This document shows positions 45,401-55,616 of a DNA stretch of 64,000 bases, in pieces (the stretch's first letter is position 1; each line of letters begins with the position of its first letter). The notes under the pieces were generated by a model, which had not been told where the DNA came from, did no database searches, and worked only from the letters and a program-made list of their open reading frames with translations. This stretch comes from an uncultured Verrucomicrobiae bacterium. GTDB lineage: Bacteria > Verrucomicrobiota > Verrucomicrobiia > Limisphaerales > Palsa-1400. The stretch covers positions 4,864,001 to 4,928,000 of the forward strand of contig OY969763.1 in the NCBI GenBank assembly GCA_963702845.1, written 5' to 3'. Both the position numbers and the translations under genes were made by a program.

Positions 45401-46572
45401 ACAGTCCGGCGCGCTCAGCCGCAACTGAGCCGAGTCATTCCGCGCCGACGACGCGCTTGATGTCCCTCGATGTCTTCCGCGGCGCGACAATGGCCGCTAT
45501 GTTGCTCGTCAACAATCCCGGCGATTGGGGCAATCTTTACACACCGCTCGATCACGCCGAATGGAACGGCTGGACGTTTACCGATCTGATCTTCCCGTTT
45601 TTCTTGTGGATTGTTGGCGTCGCGATTCCTTTCTCGCTCGGTCGCAAAATCGAACAAGGTGAAGCGCCCGGCAAACTGTTGTTCAAGGTCCTGCGTCGCT
45701 CCATGATTCTCGTCGCGGTCGGCATCGCGCTAAACGGATTTCCGCTCTACGACTTTTCATTCATTCGCATTCCAGGCGTCCTGCAACGCATCGGTGTCTG
45801 CTATTTCTTTGGCGCGAGTATTTTTCTCTTCACCGGCATTCGCGGCCAAATCGCCGCCATTCTGACTTTGCTGATCGGCTATTGGTTGCTGATGGCTTTC
45901 GGACCCGTGCCCGGCGTTGGTCATGGTGTGATGACTCTTCACGGCAACTTCTCCGAATACGTCGATAAGCAAATTTTCGGTCATCACGTTTGGAGAGAAA
46001 TGGCACCCGGCGATCCGGAAGGTTCCATCAGCACCCTGCCCGCCATTGCCAGCGTGCTCTTTGGCATCATGGCCGGTCATATCCTGCGCTCGCGCAAAAC
46101 GCCGTCGGAACAAACCGCGTGGTTATTCGTCCTCGGCAACATCCTGCTTTTCGTCGGCGCGCTGATGGACTGGTGGCTGCCCATCAACAAAAAACTTTGG
46201 ACCAGTTCCTATTCCGTCTTCATGGCCGGGATGGCGACGAACATTTTCGCGGTGTGTTATTGGCTCGTCGATATTCAAGGCCGCCGCAAATTAGTCAAAC
46301 CACTCGCCGTTTACGGCATGAACGCTATTACCGTATTCGTGCTGACCGGACTGCTTGGACGACTGACAACGTTCATCAAATTCCAATACGAGGGCAAAAC
46401 TATCATGCTGAAGACGTATCTCTACGAACATCTCAAAGCTGGATTCGAAGCCATCGGCGGCCCGCTCGCCACACCGAAAAATAGTTCGTTGGTTTATGCG
46501 CTTTGCTGGGTGTTGCTGATGTACGGGGTCTGTTACGTGATGTATCGCAAGAAGTGGTTCTTACGTTTTTAA
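45379..46572 (+). CDS. heparan-alpha-glucosaminide N-acetyltransferase-like (NagX/DUF5009) membrane protein
   Basis: RLMSLDVFRG, LVNNPG, HAEWNG.T.TDLIFPFF, PGVLQRI, DPEG, PINKKLWTSS. Confidence 0.9.
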   Translation: MAMGQQIDSPARSAATEPSHSAPTTRLMSLDVFRGATMAAMLLVNNPGDWGNLYTPLDHAEWNGWTFTDLIFPFFLWIVGVAIPFSLGRKIEQGEAPGKLLFKVLRRSMILVAVGIALNGFPLYDFSFIRIPGVLQRIGVCYFFGASIFLFTGIRGQIAAILTLLIGYWLLMAFGPVPGVGHGVMTLHGNFSEYVDKQIFGHHVWREMAPGDPEGSISTLPAIASVLFGIMAGHILRSRKTPSEQTAWLFVLGNILLFVGALMDWWLPINKKLWTSSYSVFMAGMATNIFAVCYWLVDIQGRRKLVKPLAVYGMNAITVFVLTGLLGRLTTFIKFQYEGKTIMLKTYLYEHLKAGFEAIGGPLATPKNSSLVYALCWVLLMYGVCYVMYRKKWFLRF

Positions 46573-46578
46573 GTTGGC

Positions 46579-47628
46579 ATGGACCTGCACATCCATTCGC
46601 CTTTGCCGAAGAAACGTGATTGGCAGATTGGAATTCTCGGCGCGGGGTTCATCGTCAACGATTGCCATTTACCCGCTTACCGCAAAGCTGGGTTCAATCC
46701 TGTCGCAATCGCCTCACGCACCCGCGAAAACGCGGAACGCGTTACGAAAAATCACGACATCGCTAAAGTTTACGGAACCTACGACGAACTGCTCGCCGAC
46801 ACATCGATCGAAGTTCTCGACATAGCCGTCCCGCCCAACGCACAACTCGCTCTAATTAAAGCCGCCTGCGCGCGTAAAACAGTCAAAGCCATTCTCGCGC
46901 AAAAACCTCTCGGGGTGAATTACGCCGAAACAGTCGAAGCCGTCCGCGCCTGCGAACAAGCCGGCATCCTTCTCGGGGTCAATCAAAACATGCGCTACGA
47001 CCAATCGGTCCGCGCCGGCAAAACGATTTTGGAAAACGGCACGATTGGCGAACCTGTTTTCGCCAGTATCGAAATGCGCGCCATTCCGCATTGGATGCCG
47101 TGGCAGGCCGAACTCGGTTGGGCCACCTTGCGCATCATGTCGATTCATCACATCGATTGCTTCCGTTATTGGTTCGGCGAACCGACGCGCATCATCTGCA
47201 GCACACGCACTGATCCGCGCGCGAAGTTCAAACACACCGACGGCATCTGCACTTACTTTTTGGAATACGGAAGCGGCCTGCGTTGCATCGGCATTGATGA
47301 CACCTGGACCGGTCCGGCGAAAGAAGGTTGCCCGTCCGAGAACTACATCCGCTGGCGCATCGAAGGTACCAACGGCCTCGCCATCGGCGACATCGGTTGG
47401 TGCAAAGATCCATATACTTCACCATCAACCATTCGTTTTGCTAGCAAGGGCGACAAAGCTTTTCACAAACCGAAGTGGACCGAAAGCTGGTTCCCCGACG
47501 CGTTCATCGGAACCATGGCGCAACTCTTAATCGCGCTTGAAACCGGCACCGAACCAGCAATCAGCGGTCGGGACAATTTGAAAACGATGAAGCTAGTCGA
47601 AGAGGCCTACATTTCCGCGCGGCCTTAG
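46579..47628 (+). CDS. Gfo/Idh/MocA oxidoreductase
   Basis: IGILGAGFI, AQKP, NQNMRY. Confidence 0.88.
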   Translation: MDLHIHSPLPKKRDWQIGILGAGFIVNDCHLPAYRKAGFNPVAIASRTRENAERVTKNHDIAKVYGTYDELLADTSIEVLDIAVPPNAQLALIKAACARKTVKAILAQKPLGVNYAETVEAVRACEQAGILLGVNQNMRYDQSVRAGKTILENGTIGEPVFASIEMRAIPHWMPWQAELGWATLRIMSIHHIDCFRYWFGEPTRIICSTRTDPRAKFKHTDGICTYFLEYGSGLRCIGIDDTWTGPAKEGCPSENYIRWRIEGTNGLAIGDIGWCKDPYTSPSTIRFASKGDKAFHKPKWTESWFPDAFIGTMAQLLIALETGTEPAISGRDNLKTMKLVEEAYISARP

Positions 47629-47691
47629 AACGTCGCGCAACGGTTCTAACTTCGTTGACTGTCGCAATGCAAATCCGGCAAACTGCGCCCA

Positions 47692-48672
47692 ATGAAATTT
47701 CACATCGTTTTGTTGATTGCGGGATCTTGCATCTTGTCGGGTTGCGACAAAGGCGCATCCTCGGCTGGCGGGGCCGGTGAAACAAAGCCAGCCGCTGGCG
47801 GCAAACTCGAAGTCGGCTTCTCACAAATCGGCGCAGAAAGCGCCTGGCGCACGGCCGAAACCGAATCCATTCGCGGCGAAGCCGACAAACGCGGCGTGAA
47901 CCTCCATTTCTCTGATGCTCAAAGCAAACGCGAAAACCAGATCAAGGCGCTCAACAGCTTTCTGCAACAAAACGTCGAGGCAATCATTCTCGCGCCCGTA
48001 ATCGAAAGCGGTTGGGGCCCGGTGCTGAGCGACATAAAGAAAGCCAATATCCCCGTCATCCTTGTTGATCGCGGCATCAAAGTTGAAGACGAATCGCTCT
48101 ACACCACGCTGATTGCATCGGATTTCGTGCAAGAAGGCGAACGCGCCGGCGAATGGCTCGCCAAGAAAATCGGCGGCAAAGGCAACATCGTCCAACTCGA
48201 AGGCACCACTGGCGCAGCGCCTGCGATTGATCGCGCCGCAGGTTTCAAAAAGGTCCTCGATAAAAATCCCGACATGAAAATCATTCTGTCGCAGTCCGGT
48301 GATTTCAATCGCACCAAAGGCAAAGAAGTCATGGAAGCTTTCCTCAAAGCGCGTGGCAAAGACATCAACGCCGTCTACGCGCACAATGACGACATGGCGC
48401 TCGGCGCAATCCAGGCCATCGAAGAAGCCGGCATGAAACCCGGCGTCGATATCATCGTCGTTTCCATTGACGGCATCAAATCGGCGCTCGAAGCGATCGT
48501 CGCTGGAAAACTGAATTGTTCCGTCGAATGCAATCCGTTGCTCGGACCGGCTGCCTTCGACGTCATCGAATCGATCAAGAAGGGCAACAAACCCGAACAC
48601 AAGATCACCGTGCACGACGAGTTGTTTGATTCGTCGAACGCTGCGGCGGCCTTGCCGAATCGCAAATATTGA
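47692..48672 (+). CDS. sugar ABC transporter substrate-binding lipoprotein (YtfQ-like)
   Basis: LSGC lipobox; VGFSQIGAESAWRTAET, AHNDDMALGAIQA, VECNPLLGP. Confidence 0.9.
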   Translation: MKFHIVLLIAGSCILSGCDKGASSAGGAGETKPAAGGKLEVGFSQIGAESAWRTAETESIRGEADKRGVNLHFSDAQSKRENQIKALNSFLQQNVEAIILAPVIESGWGPVLSDIKKANIPVILVDRGIKVEDESLYTTLIASDFVQEGERAGEWLAKKIGGKGNIVQLEGTTGAAPAIDRAAGFKKVLDKNPDMKIILSQSGDFNRTKGKEVMEAFLKARGKDINAVYAHNDDMALGAIQAIEEAGMKPGVDIIVVSIDGIKSALEAIVAGKLNCSVECNPLLGPAAFDVIESIKKGNKPEHKITVHDELFDSSNAAAALPNRKY

Positions 48673-49619
48673 TGCGGCATCGCCTCGCATTGCTAATTCT
48701 GTTTTGCGCCCTCACCTCATTTTTGAGTGAGGGCGCAAACATTTCGGGCGTTGAATACGTCCACCTCAACGAGTGGGCGCAGAGCGCGGGTTACAAGGCA
48801 AAATGGCTCCAGCGCGACAAAGTTGTGCAATTCACCGGCTCGCGAACGAGCGCGACGTTTGAAATCGATTCGCGCAAAGCCGACATCGGCGGCGTCACGG
48901 TCCTGCTGTCGTTCCCGATTGCCGCTAGTCACGGCGCGGCCATGATCTCCCAACTTGATCTGCGATCGACTGTCGAACCGATTATTTCTCCACATCCCAA
49001 ACGAAAGCCGATCAAAACCATCTGCCTCGACCCCGGTCATGGTGGCCACGACGCCGGAAAGATCGATGGCCGTAATTTGGAAAAAAATTACACACTTCTG
49101 ATTGCCAACGAGGTCGCGGCGCTCCTTCGCAAAAATGGTTTCAAGGTCGTGATGACGCGCACGCGCGACAAAACACTCGATCTAATCGAACGCCCTGAAA
49201 CCGCGCGCCGTGCCGGTGCCGATCTATTCGTAAGCCTGCATTACAACGCCGGGCCGTCCGAGGTTCACGGCTTGGAGGTTTACTGCCTCACTCCGGCTGG
49301 TGCCAACTCGAGCAATGCCGGCGGCGGGAAATCCAGTTCGTCACGAAACGTCGGCAACGCCAATGACGATAACAACGTTCTACTCGCGTTTACCCTACAG
49401 AAAACCATCGTGCGCGAAACGGGTTTGGAAGATCGCGCGATGAAACGCGCCCGTTTCGAAGTCTTGCGTGAAGCGCCGATGCCCGCCGTTCTCATCGAGG
49501 GCGGTTTTATGTCCAATCGCGCGGAGGCAAAAAAAATCTACGACTCCGCATTTCGGAAACGCATGGCTCAGGCGATCGTCGACGGCATCCTGAGCTACAA
49601 ACAACTAGCCGGTCGCTGA
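48672..49619 (+). CDS. N-acetylmuramoyl-L-alanine amidase (Amidase_3)
   Basis: LDPGHGGHD, EK, FVSLHYNA, AVLIEGGFMSN. Confidence 0.92.
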   Translation: MRHRLALLILFCALTSFLSEGANISGVEYVHLNEWAQSAGYKAKWLQRDKVVQFTGSRTSATFEIDSRKADIGGVTVLLSFPIAASHGAAMISQLDLRSTVEPIISPHPKRKPIKTICLDPGHGGHDAGKIDGRNLEKNYTLLIANEVAALLRKNGFKVVMTRTRDKTLDLIERPETARRAGADLFVSLHYNAGPSEVHGLEVYCLTPAGANSSNAGGGKSSSSRNVGNANDDNNVLLAFTLQKTIVRETGLEDRAMKRARFEVLREAPMPAVLIEGGFMSNRAEAKKIYDSAFRKRMAQAIVDGILSYKQLAGR

Positions 49620-51023
49620 TTTATTTTTCTTACCGCGCTTCTTCGGTTTTTCTTTTGGCGCCGGCACTTCCTTATTCAACTGATCAAACATCGCCCTCAA
49701 CCGTTGCACCACTTCCGGGTTCTCTGCCGCGACATCGTGCTGTTCCGCCGGATCCTTCTCCAAATCATACAACGACCCTTCCTTCGTCTCATCGCCCGTC
49801 AACACACCTGGATACTGACTCGGATGCGGCTGTTCGTAGGGCGCGATGATAGTCACGCCGTCCGGCGCGCGTGGGTCGATCCACTTGTCATCCGGTTTCA
49901 TCACCTTTGGTCGCTTTGGCGGCACGACGTGCAGCTTCCACTTACCACTCCGCACGCAAGCCAAACGATCGCCCGCCATCGCGAACAGCGCCTCGTGCGG
50001 ACTCTCTGCTTTTGACGTCAACAAGGGCATAATGTTTTTGCCGTCGATGTAGCGGTCCTGTGGAATACCAATCCCGCACGTCACCAATGACGTGGTAAAC
50101 AAATCCATGATGATCGCTGGCTCATGACTGACGTGGCCCGCGGGAATCTTGCCCGGCCACCACGCAATCATCGGCTCTCGAATGCCACCATCCCAGGTGC
50201 CGCCTTTCATCCCGCGCAAGCCGCCCGTGCTACCGCCATACCACGGCCCGTTGTCGCTCGTGAAAATCACCAGCGTGTTGGTATCGAGATGCAATTCTTG
50301 CAGCTTCTTCAAAACTTCCCCCACCGACCGATCCAACTCTTCAATCGCATCGCCATACAAACCGCCGCCGCTCTTTTTGTAAAAATCCTCCGATGCCGAG
50401 AGCGGTTTGTGCGGAAGGTATTGCGCAAAATAGAGGAAGAACGGTCGTTTCTTGTTTTTCTCAATAAAGCTCAAGGCCCGCGCCGTATATTTCTTCGTCA
50501 GGTTCGCGAGAATGACCGGATACTCATTCGTTTTGTTCCCGTCCATCACTTGGACCGGTCGCATATCGGAGCTATAAAGAATTCCCAGGTATTCATCAAA
50601 CCCATGCCGTGTCGGATAAAACTTCGGCAGATGTCCAAGGTGCCATTTCCCGATGCAACAGGTCTTATACTTCGCCTTCTGGAACGCCCGCCCGAGCGTT
50701 ATCTCTTCGTCGGAGATACCAATGTCGTTATTGCCCGAATCCGGCGCCGGGTTGCTCGTAATGCCGCTCCGGAATTGATACCGGCCCGTCATCAGCGCGG
50801 CCCGAGTCGGCGCGCAGTACGGACAAGGCGTGTAGAAATCCGTCAGTCTGGCCCCTTCCTTGGCCATCCGATCAATATTTGGCGTCTTCCATTTCTTTTG
50901 CCCGTAACAACCCAAGTCGCCGTACCCCATATCATCCGCCAATATAATAATGACATTCGTGTGCGCGGCGCAGTTCAAGGCGGCCAAGAGCACCGCCAGC
51001 AGTAGAAGAAACTTAGTTTTCAT
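49605..51023 (-). CDS. arylsulfatase family protein
   Basis: ILADDMGYGDL, CAPTRAALMTGR (CxPxR), GKWHLG, FTSDNG; ATG 51023 with signal peptide. Confidence 0.93.
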   Translation of the reverse strand: MKTKFLLLLAVLLAALNCAAHTNVIIILADDMGYGDLGCYGQKKWKTPNIDRMAKEGARLTDFYTPCPYCAPTRAALMTGRYQFRSGITSNPAPDSGNNDIGISDEEITLGRAFQKAKYKTCCIGKWHLGHLPKFYPTRHGFDEYLGILYSSDMRPVQVMDGNKTNEYPVILANLTKKYTARALSFIEKNKKRPFFLYFAQYLPHKPLSASEDFYKKSGGGLYGDAIEELDRSVGEVLKKLQELHLDTNTLVIFTSDNGPWYGGSTGGLRGMKGGTWDGGIREPMIAWWPGKIPAGHVSHEPAIIMDLFTTSLVTCGIGIPQDRYIDGKNIMPLLTSKAESPHEALFAMAGDRLACVRSGKWKLHVVPPKRPKVMKPDDKWIDPRAPDGVTIIAPYEQPHPSQYPGVLTGDETKEGSLYDLEKDPAEQHDVAAENPEVVQRLRAMFDQLNKEVPAPKEKPKKRGKKNKSATG

Positions 51024-51110
51024 GGGATATGACTTCGTAATCCCTTGACGCGGCGATCGCCAGCAAAGTTTCGCTTTCCACACCGACAACCGCGTATTAC
51101 ATAATAGTAC

Positions 51111-51139
51111 TTGCCTCATTTGCCGCAGGAATCTATATT
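51111..51139 (+). promoter_or_regulatory. sigma70-type promoter of rpmI-rplT
   Basis: TTGCCT-N17-TATATT. Confidence 0.5.
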
Positions 51140-51196
51140 CCCCGCTCTTTTGAAAGGGGCATCCCGATATCCGGGTTGCCCTGAAAGGTAATTTTT

Positions 51197-51406
51197 ATGC
51201 GACGGCCTAAAGGCATTAAGACAAAGAAATCTGTAGCGAAACGGTTCAAAATAACCGCAACCGGTAAAGTCATGCGCATGCGCGCTGGTAAACGCCACCT
51301 TCTGCAAGGCAAAAGCGCTGGCCGCCGCCGCAATCTCGGCACCGGCAAAGAGGTGCACCATACCGACACCTATCGCATCACCCAGAGCCTGCCGTTCAGC
51401 CACTAA
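51197..51406 (+). CDS. rpmI: 50S ribosomal protein L35
   Basis: KTKKSVAKRFKITATGK..RHLL. Confidence 0.95.
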   Translation: MRRPKGIKTKKSVAKRFKITATGKVMRMRAGKRHLLQGKSAGRRRNLGTGKEVHHTDTYRITQSLPFSH

Positions 51407-51419
51407 CATTTAGACATCT

Positions 51420-51797
51420 ATGCGTGTTACAAATTCTCCAGCTTCCCGTAAGCGCCGCATCCGGACAATCAAGGCGGCCAAGGGTTTCCGCCTTAAGCGC
51501 TCCAAACTGTATCGTTACGCCGCCGACGCGCTCGACCACGGTATGCAATACGCCTACCGCGATCGCCGCGTCAAGAAGCGCACCTTCCGCGCGCTCTGGC
51601 AAGTGCGTATCAACGCCGCCAGCCGCGCCGCCGGCATGACCTACAGCCGTTTCATGGAAGGCCTCAAAGCCGCCAAGTGCAGCCTCGACCGCAAAGTCAT
51701 CGCTGACCTCGCCGCCCAGGACGCTGCCGCATTCCAGGAATTGATCAAGCTCGCCCAGGGCGCGCTCAAGACCAAAACGTCAGCAGCCGCGAAGTAA
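51420..51797 (+). CDS. rplT: 50S ribosomal protein L20
   Basis: YAYRDRRVKKRTFRALWQVRINAA..YSRFM..LDRKVIADLA. Confidence 0.97.
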   Translation: MRVTNSPASRKRRIRTIKAAKGFRLKRSKLYRYAADALDHGMQYAYRDRRVKKRTFRALWQVRINAASRAAGMTYSRFMEGLKAAKCSLDRKVIADLAAQDAAAFQELIKLAQGALKTKTSAAAK

Positions 51798-51826
51798 AAA
51801 CGCCAAGCCGCAAAGTTTTTCGAACT

Positions 51827-51856
51827 GGCACGCTCCGAACCGAGCGTGCCTTTTTG
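51827..51856 (+). terminator. intrinsic terminator after rplT, flanked by ACGCAAAG-type repeat arms (51799-51817 and 51871-51905)
   Basis: ggcacgctc..gagcgtgcc followed by ttttt. Confidence 0.75.
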
Positions 51857-51916
51857 CTGAATATCTTTTCAACTTTGCGCCTTTGCCCCTTAGCGTCTTT
51901 GCGTTAATAACAAACC

Positions 51917-52921
51917 ATGTCTTTGCTAAACGACATCGAACCTTTGAAGCAGGCCGCGCTGGCCGAATTGAAAGCCGCGTCCGACCTCGCCACCCTCGAA
52001 CACGCCAAAGGTTCCTTCATCGGCCCTCAGGGAAAATTCACCGCGCTGATGAAACAGATGGGCTCGCTCACCAAAGAAGAGCGGCCCGCTGCCGGCAAAC
52101 TCATCAACCAGGCCAAAGCCGAAATCGAAACCGCCTTGGTCGAACGCCGCGCCGAACTCGAACTTAAAGCCGCGCTCCCAAAAGAGCCGACCGATTGGAC
52201 CCTGCCCGGTCGCCGTCGCACCATCGGCAAACTTCACCCACTCACGCAAGTCACCGAAGACATCGTCCGCAGCTTCCGCAAAATCGGATTCGCGGTCGCT
52301 GACGGTCCCGAAGTCGAAGACGAATACCATTGCTTCGACGCCTTGAACACGCCCGCCGACCATCCCGCGCGCGATTCCCAGGACACGTTCTATCTCAAAA
52401 ACAACGAGCGTTCCCTTTTGCGCACACATACCTCCTCTGTGCAAATCCGCGTGATGGAAAAGCAGCCACCGCCCATCCGCATCATCGTCCCCGGCCGCGT
52501 CTATCGCCGGGACAATCCCGACGCCACCCACAACCCGACCTTCAACCAGATCGAAGGCCTCTACGTCGACAAAAAGGTCACCGTTGGCGATTTGAAAGGC
52601 TCCGTCGAATTCGTTTTCAAAGACCTGCTCGGCGCCGACACAAAAATCCGTTTTCGTCCGCACTATTTCTCCTATACTGAGCCCAGCTTCGAAATCGATT
52701 TCTCCAGTCCGCTCGTGAAAAAAATGGGCAAACAATGGCTGGAGATCGCCGGCTGCGGCATGGTCCATCCCCAAGTCTTCGAGAACGTCGGCTACGACCC
52801 CGAAGAATGGACCGGCTGGGCCTTCGGCTTCGGCATCGAACGCATCGCCATGATCCGTTACGCCATCAACGACATCCGCCTCTTCTACGAGAGCGACATG
52901 CGTTTCCTGAAACAATTCTGA
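51917..52921 (+). CDS. pheS: phenylalanine--tRNA ligase alpha subunit
   Basis: HPARDSQDTF, LRTHTS, FSYTEPS, GWAFGFGIER. Confidence 0.98.
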   Translation: MSLLNDIEPLKQAALAELKAASDLATLEHAKGSFIGPQGKFTALMKQMGSLTKEERPAAGKLINQAKAEIETALVERRAELELKAALPKEPTDWTLPGRRRTIGKLHPLTQVTEDIVRSFRKIGFAVADGPEVEDEYHCFDALNTPADHPARDSQDTFYLKNNERSLLRTHTSSVQIRVMEKQPPPIRIIVPGRVYRRDNPDATHNPTFNQIEGLYVDKKVTVGDLKGSVEFVFKDLLGADTKIRFRPHYFSYTEPSFEIDFSSPLVKKMGKQWLEIAGCGMVHPQVFENVGYDPEEWTGWAFGFGIERIAMIRYAINDIRLFYESDMRFLKQF

Positions 52922-52995
52922 ACGTTTCCCGCCAGCGGCGCGACCGACGCAAGCGTGACGAAAGCTGCCGATTCAGAAATTATACATCCCGCCTT

Positions 52996-53508
52996 ATGAA
53001 ACTATCGGATCTACTCAAGCTGAGCAGTTCAACCACACACAACGTCCTTAGTTTGTTTTCGGTGGCAATTTTACTGCTTTCCGGTTGTGCTACTACGCAA
53101 ACGTATTCGCAGGGATCGGCCACCTCCAAAACTGATTTAATTACTTTAACGTGCGATTCGGAAACCAATCTTAAGCTCTTTCCCGGAGCGAACCGCACCG
53201 TCACGATTACAAAACTGGACGGGAAAAACGTAGGGTCGTCTGTTTCTGAGCTTTTGTTTGGCGCGGCTGGCCACGCGCCGGGAATCGACCTTGCTTATGT
53301 CATCGCAGGACGGCATGAACTCGTTCTACACTGGAGGTCCATGAACACTTACGCAAACATGGCGTTGTGGTTTAATGCCGAAGCCGGCAAATCATATGCG
53401 GTCCGTTGGAAATCATTTAAGGGGCGCAACTTCCTGGACCCGGGCTCTACCGATTTTTGGATAGAGGAAGTCGCGACAGGAAAACACGTTGGTGGAGTGT
53501 TGGAATAA
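52996..53508 (+). CDS. hypothetical lipoprotein (paralog A)
   Basis: LSGC lipobox; 'GRHELVL..FNAEAGKSY..FWIEE'. Confidence 0.65.
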   Translation: MKLSDLLKLSSSTTHNVLSLFSVAILLLSGCATTQTYSQGSATSKTDLITLTCDSETNLKLFPGANRTVTITKLDGKNVGSSVSELLFGAAGHAPGIDLAYVIAGRHELVLHWRSMNTYANMALWFNAEAGKSYAVRWKSFKGRNFLDPGSTDFWIEEVATGKHVGGVLE

Positions 53509-53921
53509 TGAAAGAGCGTTTCGCACATGTTATTTCGGTCGCCTTCGCTGCGGCATTAGTAAGTATTTGCGGCTGCAGCACGCGGATCACATGGACGGAG
53601 GACAAAGGGGTAAACCGCAACGAACTTGTAAAAGTTACCGGCGACTGGGAACCAAAATACAAGGTATTTATCGTCAAAGTTGATGAAAAGCGGCTGCGAA
53701 ATAACGTTCTCACCGGCTTAAATCAAACGGCATATCTTAAACCCGGCCAACATACTTTGGTGGTTGGGTACGAACACCGAATGGTCGGGCCTGGAATTAA
53801 TGGCGAGGGAGAGTCCCGGGCTTTTCAAAAGCTGAAGTTTATTGCGCAAGCCGGTAAGTCATACGCGATCCACCGAAAGCTGGACGGTTATCAAATTACT
53901 TTCTGGATTGATGAGTTGTAA
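53508..53921 (+). CDS. hypothetical lipoprotein (paralog B)
   Basis: ICGC lipobox; 'GQHTLVV..FIAQAGKSY..FWIDE'; TAATG coupling to the upstream gene. Confidence 0.65.
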   Translation: MKERFAHVISVAFAAALVSICGCSTRITWTEDKGVNRNELVKVTGDWEPKYKVFIVKVDEKRLRNNVLTGLNQTAYLKPGQHTLVVGYEHRMVGPGINGEGESRAFQKLKFIAQAGKSYAIHRKLDGYQITFWIDEL

Positions 53922-53975
53922 CGAGCCAACGTTAGGTTCTTAAGAATCGGCGTGAGAATTGTACCCCGCTTAGCG

Positions 53976-55502
53976 TTATTGCCCCGGCTTGATGAGGCGA
54001 AAGAACTGCGCGGGACTGGCATCGATTGGGATCGAGACTTCAAACGAGTTGTTACTCTGCGAATAAGGTCCGGGGACAATTTGCCATACGCCGTTGGTGG
54101 ACACATCGGAGGAGCTTTGCAGGTTGAAGTTGGTGTAATCGGATGGCCATGCCAGTTGCAAAACGCCGGGGGTCGAGGCAAACGAGAGTTTTGGGGGCAC
54201 GTTCACTCCTGTGCCGAACAGTTCGAGATCGAAAGTAAGGCCCGGTCCAGCAACAATCGCTCTGTGGACCTCCACGGCAATGACATTTGTGCCTGCGGGA
54301 AGCGACATTGGCAGATTCGTCGCATAGTAAGTCCTTAAATAGTCTCCAGACAATCCTGGGGAAAACGTTGCCTTGGTTTGATAGGTGATCGTGCCCGCGG
54401 GAAGACTAACGCGATAAAGCTCCTTTCCGTTGAGGTAGACCACCGCACCATCCAAGCGGTTCAGGCGCAGGTTGAGATTGGTGTAGGTAACATCGCCGGG
54501 GACGACGAATGGATGTCGGAAATAGGTGGTGATGTATTTGTTATTCGGATCAGATCCGTAGCTCACGGTGGTCGTTTCGTAAACACCGTAGCCGAGCCGC
54601 CCTGCGCCCTGGGACCATGTTGAATCATCATAACCGGGCTGAGACCAGTTGGTGCTGAGGTCCAAGCCCTGGTCCGAGTATCTCCACGTCGAACCGCCTT
54701 GAATAAAAGGGGTCGTCACATAGTCGGGCCGAGCCGTGATCGCGGCGATTCGGAACATCATTTCGTTTGCAAGAAGCGAAAAACCTGTGGCAGTCGGATG
54801 CGTGCCGTCGCTGATCAAATTTGTGCCGACGGCCGAGAATAAATCCGCCACGTACACATTTTGGCCCTGGGCACGCCGAGCGGTGGCTAAGGCTTGGACT
54901 GCGTCGCCGAAAGCCCACATGTTCGTCTTGTATGAGCCATAGCTAAGAATCGTGGAGGCACTGATGGATGTGGGCTTGCTGACAATGATGTGGGCGTTGG
55001 GCACCTTGGCGAAGATCAAATCCAATAGCGCGGACAGGTGGTTAGTTGCCACCAGATAGGGATCGCGTCCGCGTCCCATATCGTTCACCCCCATGTCAAC
55101 GAGGACAAGATCGGGAAAAAAAGCATTTGTAAAAGCGTCAGACAGGCTCTTTAACGTGTAATTGTTTGCCGCCGTATAACCGTGCGGCGAGCCGCCCACG
55201 CCCGGGGCGCCAATCACCGCACTGTCCATCCCCTCGTGATGAACCTGCGTGAAGCCAGAGGAGGGAGCAGAGGACCAGCGTCCGAGATTTGTAAAGGCGT
55301 AGCCATTGGTGACAAACAGCTTCTGCAGATAAGACCGCCATGCGCCAGACATCGAGGAATCATCCGTAATCGAATCACCACTGCAGAGCACCTTCAGCGG
55401 ATGGGCGGCGGTGTAATTGGTCAGCACGAGTCCCGCACGCGCTGCGACGGCAAACGCGCCCACCATCAACCAAATTAATAGGAGCCACCAACGCCTTTTC
55501 AT
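53976..55502 (-). CDS. secreted SGNH/GDSL hydrolase with beta-sandwich domain and C-terminal FFRL domain
   Basis: GDSIT, GVND, DGTHP; 'WRYSDQG..LGYG..TTYFRH..DGAVVYLNG' module. Confidence 0.85.
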   Translation of the reverse strand: MKRRWWLLLIWLMVGAFAVAARAGLVLTNYTAAHPLKVLCSGDSITDDSSMSGAWRSYLQKLFVTNGYAFTNLGRWSSAPSSGFTQVHHEGMDSAVIGAPGVGGSPHGYTAANNYTLKSLSDAFTNAFFPDLVLVDMGVNDMGRGRDPYLVATNHLSALLDLIFAKVPNAHIIVSKPTSISASTILSYGSYKTNMWAFGDAVQALATARRAQGQNVYVADLFSAVGTNLISDGTHPTATGFSLLANEMMFRIAAITARPDYVTTPFIQGGSTWRYSDQGLDLSTNWSQPGYDDSTWSQGAGRLGYGVYETTTVSYGSDPNNKYITTYFRHPFVVPGDVTYTNLNLRLNRLDGAVVYLNGKELYRVSLPAGTITYQTKATFSPGLSGDYLRTYYATNLPMSLPAGTNVIAVEVHRAIVAGPGLTFDLELFGTGVNVPPKLSFASTPGVLQLAWPSDYTNFNLQSSSDVSTNGVWQIVPGPYSQSNNSFEVSIPIDASPAQFFRLIKPGQ

Positions 55503-55616
55503 AGACCATGGTTAACCGCAAAAACCGCCCGTGGAAATCACAAAAGGGACGACCGCTTCAGCTTGACGCCCACCGACGCGGCACTAAAACTCATACTATT
55601 GACAACAACAGGCACA

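Noticed and set aside
47692..48672. Orphan ABC substrate-binding protein as a novel system
   Set aside because: Orphan binding proteins are common; the permease and ATPase are probably encoded elsewhere.
51826..51842. TGGCAC motifs after rplT and after ilvB (30424) as sigma54 promoters
   Set aside because: No GC at the -12 spacing; both are arms of terminator hairpins.
52735..52995. 257-aa ORF overlapping the pheS 3' end
   Set aside because: The upstream part is an alternative frame of pheS; the lipoprotein plausibly starts at ATG 52996.
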